Positions 57,576 through 64,000 of a stretch of 64,000 nucleotides of DNA are shown here, piece by piece; positions within the stretch are counted from its first letter, which is position 1; every line of letters begins with the position of its first letter. The notes under the pieces are model-generated. The model saw nothing but the letters and a program-made list of their open reading frames with translations. It was not told the origin of the DNA and did no database searches. The translations under genes were made by a program, and so were the position numbers. Location of the stretch: the NCBI GenBank assembly GCA_963807625.1, contig CAWECN010000011.1, positions 114,883 to 178,882 of the forward strand. Reading direction: 5' to 3'. The DNA comes from an uncultured Gammaproteobacteria bacterium. Its GTDB lineage: Bacteria > Pseudomonadota > Gammaproteobacteria > SZUA-229.

Positions 57576-57592
57576 TGCAAACTTAATGCCAA
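57576..57592 (-). promoter_or_regulatory. Sigma54 (-24/-12) promoter of the PEP-CTERM-type gene
   Basis: Minus strand TTGGCATTAAGTTTGCA (GG-N10-GC). Confidence 0.8.
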
Positions 57593-57953
57593 TTCCTTAA
57601 ATCCACAAAAACAAAAAGTTACATTAAACATATAAGCAAATTCTGTTAAAGATTCCGAATCACGTCGATATATCTTACACTTATCCCATATTTTGTACAG
57701 TTATTAATATATTACGGATTTGTTTTGGAATCAATACAATGTTGACATAATGTATTACGTTTTTATTATGTAAGCATTAGTAGTGGCTGACCAGTAAAAG
57801 CAATTGACAGCTAGCTTAAAATAAATCACTATCGATCCATGTTAAATCACATCGACCAACTCGTTAAACGCTTTATGATTGTCCGTTTTCACTGGAGAAT
57901 CTGCAGTGGTCACTTGTCTATTTATCGTTGAACAAAAAATCAGATTGATATTC

Positions 57954-57986
57954 AAAAGGCCACTGCTAAACCAGTGGCCTTTTTTT
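57954..57986 (+). terminator. Intrinsic terminator located upstream of the EamA gene (attenuator or sRNA end)
   Basis: AAAAGGCCACTG-CTAAAC-CAGTGGCCTTTTTTT. Confidence 0.85.
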
Positions 57987-58107
57987 ATGCTTACATGGAT
58001 GGCGGTGTGACGATGTTCATGGCGGTCGTATGCCGCAAAGTGCCCGTAACTCTGTTGAATCGCATTCAACCACATTATTTTTAACAACGTTTGCAAGGAG
58101 GAAAAAA

Positions 58108-59013
58108 GTGTCAGTACCTATCTCGTATCTCTCAGTCATCCTGATCTGGAGTACAACACCATTAGCCATTCAATGGAGCGGCAATGATGTTGGCTTTCAA
58201 TTTGGTGTCGCAGCACGTATGGCCATTGGTCTAATAGCCCTACTCGCATTGTTGCGCGTGATGAAGATCGAACTGCCCTGGCACTTAAAAGCACGACGCA
58301 TTTACCTCATCAGTGGAACAAGCCTCTATATCGCGATGAGTTTTGTCTACTGGGCAGCGCAGCATATACCCAGTGGCTGGATATCGGTAGTGTTTGGCCT
58401 GTCACCGATATTCACCAGCGTAATGGCAAGTATAATATTAAAAGATTCGCATCTGTCCGGTATGCGCCTGACTGGTATGTCGATCGGTTTTGTCGGTTTG
58501 ATGGTCGTCTTTATAGAGGGTGTCTCTATCTCAACTCTGACCATGCTTGGTATCGCTGCCACGGTTATAAGTGCAGCATCACAGTCCATTGGCTCGGTTT
58601 TTATAAAGCAGCAACAGCCTGACTTTCACCCTATGGCAATAACAGCAGGCAGTATCGTCGTCGCACTACCGCTGTTCATGCTGAACTGTATCGTAGTGGG
58701 TGGTTGGCCAGAAACTGTACCGCTTAAGTCAGCGCTGTCAATTTTATACCTGGGCCTTATTGGTTCAGCCATCGGCTTCCCGTTGTATTTCTACCTGCTG
58801 AAGAACCTGACACCGGAGAGAGTCGCGATAGTAACGCTGATAACTCCTGTTACCGCTTTAATGTTAGGCGCCTTATTCAACGATGAGATAATCAGCAGTA
58901 AAGTAGTGTTAGGTACGGCATTGATCCTGGCAGGGCTGACCATTTACGAATACGGTAAGTATCTACCGCATGTGAAAAAGTGGAAAATTCGCTGGATACA
59001 GAAACCACTATAG
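58108..59013 (+). CDS. EamA/DMT family transporter
   Basis: VILIWSTTPLAIQWS, IPSGWISVVFGLSPI, YLGLIGS; GTG start after the GGAGG RBS. Confidence 0.88.
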   Translation: MSVPISYLSVILIWSTTPLAIQWSGNDVGFQFGVAARMAIGLIALLALLRVMKIELPWHLKARRIYLISGTSLYIAMSFVYWAAQHIPSGWISVVFGLSPIFTSVMASIILKDSHLSGMRLTGMSIGFVGLMVVFIEGVSISTLTMLGIAATVISAASQSIGSVFIKQQQPDFHPMAITAGSIVVALPLFMLNCIVVGGWPETVPLKSALSILYLGLIGSAIGFPLYFYLLKNLTPERVAIVTLITPVTALMLGALFNDEIISSKVVLGTALILAGLTIYEYGKYLPHVKKWKIRWIQKPL

Positions 59014-59122
59014 ACTCACGTCATCGCGAGTGAAGAGTGGTAATCTTATGTGACACATGCAGGTGCCTGCACAAGACTGCCACGCTTCGCTAGCTATAAC
59101 AGCTTCTCATTTTTTAAACATA

Positions 59123-60205
59123 ATGCCTGAACCATTAAAAAACCTGTACAGCAAACAGCTGATCTCAGAACTGAGCGATGAGATCACGATACAGCATGCC
59201 GCATTTGACCCGGTAGCTTTCGAGCGATCTATATTTGATAAAAGCTGGAAGGAAAAAGAACTAAAACAGCGTATGAGACATATCGCTGAATGTCTGCAGC
59301 AGCACCTGCCGCCAGAATACCCCAGGGCGATAGCGATATTAAAACCTGTCGCTGAAAAATTTAACGGTTTTGAATATATGTTCTTTCAGGATTACGTAGA
59401 ATGTTACGGTCTGGATGACTTCGAAATATCGATCGATGCCCTGGAGCACTTCACGAAATTCGCCAGTTCAGAATTCGCAGTCCGGGCTTTCATCCTTCAG
59501 GATCAAAAACGCATGATGCAACAGATGCTGACCTGGGCAAGGTCAGATAACCATCATGTCCGACGCCTCGCTTCCGAGGGCTGCCGTCCACGCCTGCCCT
59601 GGGCGATCGCTCTACCCGCTTTCAAAAACGACCCGAGACCTGTTCTACCCATATTAAAAATCCTGATGAATGATGACAGTGAATACGTTAGGCGCAGTGT
59701 TGCCAATAACCTGAATGACATCTCAAAGGATAATCCCGACATCGTTTTAAACTGGGCAGAACGATGGTCAGGGAAAAACAAAAATACAGACAGGTTAATA
59801 AAACATGCCTGCCGCACATTATTGAAACAGGGTGATCAACATGCATTATCACTTTTTGGTTTTACCGCAGCAGAACATATCAAGGTTTACAAGTTTTCAG
59901 TCCAACCAGATGTATCCATAGGTGAAAAACTGACTTTCTCGTTTTTATTAAAAAGCCCGGGGGCACGACTAGGAAAGTGCCGTATCGAATTTGCGATTGA
60001 TTTTGCCAAAGCCAATAACAAACAGAGCAGAAAAGTGTTCAAGATTTCAGAATCCGATTATGCTGAAAAAGAAAAACAGGTAACAAAATATTTTTCGTTC
60101 AAACAAATATCCACCCGAAGATACTATAGTGGGAAACACAGACTTTCTATAATCATAAATGGCATAGAGAAAATCTCAAAACCTTTTGAACTTATATTGA
60201 AATAA
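59123..60205 (+). CDS. DNA alkylation repair family protein (AlkD/HEAT-like, YhaZ-type)
   Basis: MPEPLKNLY, ELKQRMRHI, SSEFAVRAF, HHVRRLASEGCRPRLPW, YVRRSVANNLNDISKD, ISTRRYYSGKH. Confidence 0.85.
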   Translation: MPEPLKNLYSKQLISELSDEITIQHAAFDPVAFERSIFDKSWKEKELKQRMRHIAECLQQHLPPEYPRAIAILKPVAEKFNGFEYMFFQDYVECYGLDDFEISIDALEHFTKFASSEFAVRAFILQDQKRMMQQMLTWARSDNHHVRRLASEGCRPRLPWAIALPAFKNDPRPVLPILKILMNDDSEYVRRSVANNLNDISKDNPDIVLNWAERWSGKNKNTDRLIKHACRTLLKQGDQHALSLFGFTAAEHIKVYKFSVQPDVSIGEKLTFSFLLKSPGARLGKCRIEFAIDFAKANNKQSRKVFKISESDYAEKEKQVTKYFSFKQISTRRYYSGKHRLSIIINGIEKISKPFELILK

Positions 60206-60254
60206 ATGCCCTGGTCCAGCAAAAAGTGGTTACTGAGGTTATTAATTATTAAAT

Positions 60255-62252
60255 CTAAAAAACACCGAACAGTTTCTTTTCTTTATCATGGTTCTGCAGC
60301 ATTGTTATGATGGTTTTATTCTCAGCCTGCTCTGCAAGATCGATTGCCTGTTCACGTTTATTATTTCTTATATCGATATCAGCATCGGCAGCCAGTAATA
60401 AGCGCACCGACTTCTGGTCACCAGCTAACACTGAAAGAATCAATGCTGTATTGCCGATATTATTCTTAACATCTACTTTCGCCTGATATGCAATTAAAAT
60501 ATCGACTGTCTTGCTGTGCCCCCGGCTGGCTGCCATCATTAACGGTGTATTACCATCCTCTCCTCTAGCATCTACATCCAGTCCTCTTTCGATCAGTATA
60601 GATACCGCCTCGAAATTATTTAACATGGCCGCCTGATGTAGCAGTGTCAGCCCTTTTCTGTCCTTGCTGTTGATATTTGCATGCTTATTGATCAGGAAAG
60701 TGACAGTTGGCGATTTTGCTACACCTATTCCATGCCATAATGCATCATGGCCTAAGGCATCCTGCACCGTTATATCTGCACCGGCATCGAGCAGTCTTTT
60801 TACTGTTGGCAGTGACATCGTGGTCACGGCGACCATCAAATCTGTTTTACCATTCACCAGTGTATTAGCCGGAGACGCGCTCTTATCCAGTAACTGGTTG
60901 CTGATAGCTTCATGTTTGTTCAGGATTGCGTACGACAGGGCGCTGCGATTATTTTTATCTGTTGGCCTGACATTAGCACCGGCTGCTAGCAGATTTTTTA
61001 CAACCTTGTCACTACCCTGCTCAGCTGCATACATCAACGGTGTTTTACCATCGTTGCCTGCAAGGTTTATGTTTGCCTTATTCTGTATTAGCAGACTGAC
61101 AATTTTATCGTGCCCCTGCAGTGCCGCACGTGTCAGCGGTGTATGACCTTCACGGTCCAGCTGGTTTGGATCAGCACCTTTTTTCAATAATGCGGCACTC
61201 ACATCCAGCTGGCCTCGCCAGACTGCGATCATCAGGGGTTGCCAGTTTTTATATACGCCTGTTGTGCTGCTGTTAAGAACCGCCAGTTTCTGATTGACCG
61301 TCATACCGTCCTGTTGCACTGCAGGTAACCTGGCACCGTATTTCTGTAACTGTTTTACTGTCGACTCATGCGGTTTTTTTGCCGCCAGCATGATCGCTGT
61401 TTCGCCCTTACGGTTCTTTGTATTCACCGGCGATTTACTCTTCAATAATACTGAGACGGTTGCATGGTGGCCTTTGGCTGCTGCCAGCATCAGTGCGGTA
61501 TTCCCGTTTGCATCTTTATGGTTCAGTTTCGCACCATGTTTAACCAGGTCACTGACCATAGAACTCTCACCTAAAGATGCTGCAATCAATATTGGCCGGT
61601 CCTTGTATTTATCGGCAGCATTAACATCTGCGCCAGATTTAATCAGCAGCTTGACCATGGTCCTGTCTTTTTGTGTGACCGCATCTAGCAATACCGGCCG
61701 CTGATGTTTGTCACGTGCATCTGCACTTGCGCCCTGCGCCAGCAACTGTTGCGCGGCTTTGATATCGCCAGAACTGACTGCGAGCAACAGCGCTTCTTGT
61801 GGATTCAGTTTTGGATCGATGACTGCAGGTCCAGTGTTTCCTGCCTGTATTTTCTGTAAACGCTTTTCGGCATTTTTATGCCCCTGCTTCGCTGCAGCAC
61901 TGTACCAGTAGATTGCACTTTCCCTGTTCTTTTTTACACCGACACCCTCTTCATAAAGAGTCCCCAGGGAATATTGTGCTCGTTTGTATCCCTGCCTTGC
62001 AGATTTATCCATCCAATAGGCGGAATTTTTGGGATTTTTCTTAATACCCTGACCATTTTTATATAGGACGGCCAGCTGGTACTGCGCCTGTTTGTCACCT
62101 TTTCTTGCGAGTGGTTTGAGGATAGTTACCGCCCTGGCATAATCCTGAGTACGGATAGCCAGTTTTGCATCATCCACGGTTGCCGCTTCTGCACTGAATG
62201 CCAGCAGTAAAGTTATACAGAATAGCGTTATAAGATTTTTCATAAAGATCAT
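60255..62252 (-). CDS. Exported Sel1-repeat plus ankyrin-repeat protein
   Basis: Signal peptide ending SAEA; Sel1 units (AQYQLAVLYKNGQG, AQYSLGTLYEEGVG); more than 10 ankyrin units (GNTALMLAA..GH, GHTPLTRAA, GKTPLMYAA). Confidence 0.9.
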   Translation of the reverse strand: MIFMKNLITLFCITLLLAFSAEAATVDDAKLAIRTQDYARAVTILKPLARKGDKQAQYQLAVLYKNGQGIKKNPKNSAYWMDKSARQGYKRAQYSLGTLYEEGVGVKKNRESAIYWYSAAAKQGHKNAEKRLQKIQAGNTGPAVIDPKLNPQEALLLAVSSGDIKAAQQLLAQGASADARDKHQRPVLLDAVTQKDRTMVKLLIKSGADVNAADKYKDRPILIAASLGESSMVSDLVKHGAKLNHKDANGNTALMLAAAKGHHATVSVLLKSKSPVNTKNRKGETAIMLAAKKPHESTVKQLQKYGARLPAVQQDGMTVNQKLAVLNSSTTGVYKNWQPLMIAVWRGQLDVSAALLKKGADPNQLDREGHTPLTRAALQGHDKIVSLLIQNKANINLAGNDGKTPLMYAAEQGSDKVVKNLLAAGANVRPTDKNNRSALSYAILNKHEAISNQLLDKSASPANTLVNGKTDLMVAVTTMSLPTVKRLLDAGADITVQDALGHDALWHGIGVAKSPTVTFLINKHANINSKDRKGLTLLHQAAMLNNFEAVSILIERGLDVDARGEDGNTPLMMAASRGHSKTVDILIAYQAKVDVKNNIGNTALILSVLAGDQKSVRLLLAADADIDIRNNKREQAIDLAEQAENKTIITMLQNHDKEKKLFGVF

Positions 62253-62259
62253 ACTGAAC

Positions 62260-63585
62260 CTATGCCGTACCAAATTTTGTGTCTACGTTGATGCCGATAC
62301 TCTTTAAAAACGGTGTTGGCAGGATACCTCCCGCACAAACGATGATCGCATCGTTATCGATACAGACTTCGTCATCATCTGTTTTAATCACTACTTTATT
62401 CGGTTCAATATGCTTTACAGTTGACTTCATCAGTACGCGTAAACGCCCCGCCTTTTCAGCATCGGCAATTTTGATACGATTTTTTTCCTTGGCACGGGAA
62501 AATGCCTCGCTTCGGTAAGAGATTGCCACCGTCGTTCCTTCCTCTTCTGAAATACTGACTGCTGCCTCTAGTGCACTATCACCACCACCTACTACCAGCA
62601 CATGCTGGTTTCGATATTGTGCTGGATCAATCAGGCGGTACACCACTTTGGTTTGCTCCTCACCTGGAACACCCAGTTTACGTGGCGTGCCACGACGGCC
62701 TATCGCCAGCAGAATCGCCCGTGTGTGATATGCGCCGGTACCGGTTTTAACATGAAAGCCCCTGCTTTGATCAGCCAGGTTTTCCGCCTCAACACTCTCA
62801 ACGCGCTCTCGATCTTTTATCTTCAGTGCGGCTTTTTCTATAACACCTTGCCAGAATTCCATCAGGGCTTCTTTGGTTGTTTCCTTGAATTGCATCTTAC
62901 CAACTATCGGCAATACCGCTGGCGCCGTCATAACGATTTTCCCTCGCGGATAATGCGACACCGTACCGCCAACGGAGTCCTGTTCCAGCGTAACAAAGTT
63001 CAGTTTTTTATCTTTAGCCGCCAGCGAAGCTGCTATGCCTGCGGGCCCGGCGCCAACAATAACAAGATCAATCACATCACCATTGCTCTTACCGACACCA
63101 TCAAGCTTACAAATGGAATCAACTGCTTCCACACCCTGCTTGACAGCATTTCGGATAAGTCCCATACCACCCAGTTCACCGGCAATAAATATACCCGGCA
63201 CATTTGTCTGGAAGTCTGGATTAACCTGTGGAATATCAACACCACGCTTTTCGGTACCAAATACAAGCTCGATAGCATCAAACGGGCACGCTGTTTTGCA
63301 GGCACCGTGACCTATACAGTGAGTCGGATTAACCAGGTGCGCTTTACCATGAATCACACCTAATACATTTTTGGATCTTTCCGGGCAGGCAGCCACACAA
63401 GTAGCACAACCAAGACAGAGGGCATGATTAACCACCGGGTGTATCGATGCGGGTTCTGTCATACCTGAAGCAATTGCCTCATCATGAACACGTTGACTTT
63501 TCCGGTGTTTTTTTGATTGATGCCTTAAATAAACAAATATAATTAATAAGAGTGGTAGTCCGTATAGCCACATGATGGGCGACAT
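62260..63585 (-). CDS. Membrane-anchored 4Fe-4S dicluster / NAD(P)-FAD oxidoreductase (TrxB/YpdA-like, circularly permuted)
   Basis: TM helix, CLGCATCVAACP, CIGHGACKTACP, TNVPGIFIAGE, IVGAGPAG, VVGGGDSA. Confidence 0.88.
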   Translation of the reverse strand: MSPIMWLYGLPLLLIIFVYLRHQSKKHRKSQRVHDEAIASGMTEPASIHPVVNHALCLGCATCVAACPERSKNVLGVIHGKAHLVNPTHCIGHGACKTACPFDAIELVFGTEKRGVDIPQVNPDFQTNVPGIFIAGELGGMGLIRNAVKQGVEAVDSICKLDGVGKSNGDVIDLVIVGAGPAGIAASLAAKDKKLNFVTLEQDSVGGTVSHYPRGKIVMTAPAVLPIVGKMQFKETTKEALMEFWQGVIEKAALKIKDRERVESVEAENLADQSRGFHVKTGTGAYHTRAILLAIGRRGTPRKLGVPGEEQTKVVYRLIDPAQYRNQHVLVVGGGDSALEAAVSISEEEGTTVAISYRSEAFSRAKEKNRIKIADAEKAGRLRVLMKSTVKHIEPNKVVIKTDDDEVCIDNDAIIVCAGGILPTPFLKSIGINVDTKFGTA

Positions 63586-63911
63586 TGCTGAACCTCTATT
63601 GAGTACCTTTTAGTACTTTTGGAAAAAAACATATAAATAAGTTATTGATTATATATACGAATATTATAATAGTGACGAAATCTCGACAAAAAACACTTTT
63701 TTTAGAGCTATTTCTAGAAAAATCGCTAAACTATTCGATGTAGCTTTATGGGATAATATTCCCAAATAATATTGCACAAGTATAATAGACCATCAGTAAA
63801 ACAATTGCGCCAAAAGAAATGAATTTCTCCTGATATTTTAAAAAATAAGCTACAGGTTCTATCCTTTATATTATGTTATTAAAAAACCCGGTATTAACCC
63901 CTATTCAACTG

Positions 63912-64000
63912 ATGTACAGACATTTTTTGTCCATTTGCATGATCGTAGCCATTGTTTTCGGCTGGCAGCACCGTGATGACAATTATCTGAGCGCCGAAAC
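63912..64000 (+). CDS. 5' fragment of a putative membrane protein (runs off the window edge)
   Basis: ATG 63912: MYRHFLSICMIVAIVFGWQHRDDNYLSAE..., open to the end of the window. Confidence 0.55.
   Translation, partial: MYRHFLSICMIVAIVFGWQHRDDNYLSAE

Noticed and set aside
59015-59050. GTCATCGCGAGTGAAGAGTGGTAATCT as a further REP-like unit
   Set aside because: Single degenerate copy with poor self-complementarity and little identity to the 5832/41480 family.
33407-62273. Extended ORF-track starts (deaD 35407, btuB 44919, MBL 55078, EamA 58030, repair protein 59057, Sel1-Ank 62273; also 19774, 20309 and 28381 outside this span)
   Set aside because: Downstream starts have better RBS, signal-peptide or family N-terminus support; the extensions overlap neighbours or regulatory RNA.
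1-64000. rRNA, tRNA, IS transposases, prophage genes
   Set aside because: None recognised by eye; intergenic gaps are short and mostly explained. A tRNAscan/Infernal run would be needed to exclude small RNAs fully.

Overview
Chromosomal window of a Gammaproteobacterium, probably a marine sulfur-oxidiser (inferred from YeeE/YedE, DsrE and SoxH-like genes and a PEP-CTERM-type protein). The core scaffold runs argC (partial), hemJ, rppH, HAD phosphatase, dcd, M48 peptidase/lemA, apbC, metG, a diguanylate cyclase, rsxABCDGE-nth, hemG, deaD, rlmG, a cobalamin-riboswitch btuB-tonB-adenosyltransferase operon and a moxR-DUF58-DUF4381-batABD operon. The most notable accessory features are: (1) an unannotated ~98-nt intergenic sRNA candidate (54542-54639) with an FNR box centred at -41.5, a -10 element, anti-SD/anti-AUG loops and its own terminator; (2) a split MNIO (DUF692) RiPP locus, with an EGKCG-repeat precursor separated from doxX-MNIO-DUF2063 by a stand-alone FMN glutamate-synthase-family gene, and a shared sigmaE-like promoter motif that also precedes the moxR-bat operon; (3) an integrase-less three-attC cassette array (CALIN) carrying a secreted 15-residue-repeat protein; (4) an OgdA-like ThDP enzyme/aldehyde dehydrogenase pair that may bypass 2-oxoglutarate dehydrogenase; (5) a circularly permuted TrxB/YpdA-like 4Fe-4S flavoprotein coupled to an exported Sel1-ankyrin protein; (6) a possible leader-peptide attenuator before an EamA gene; (7) two apparent single-base frameshifts. 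I recognised no rRNA, tRNA, CRISPR array, transposase or integrase. All family calls come from motif recognition by eye; no database searches were run.
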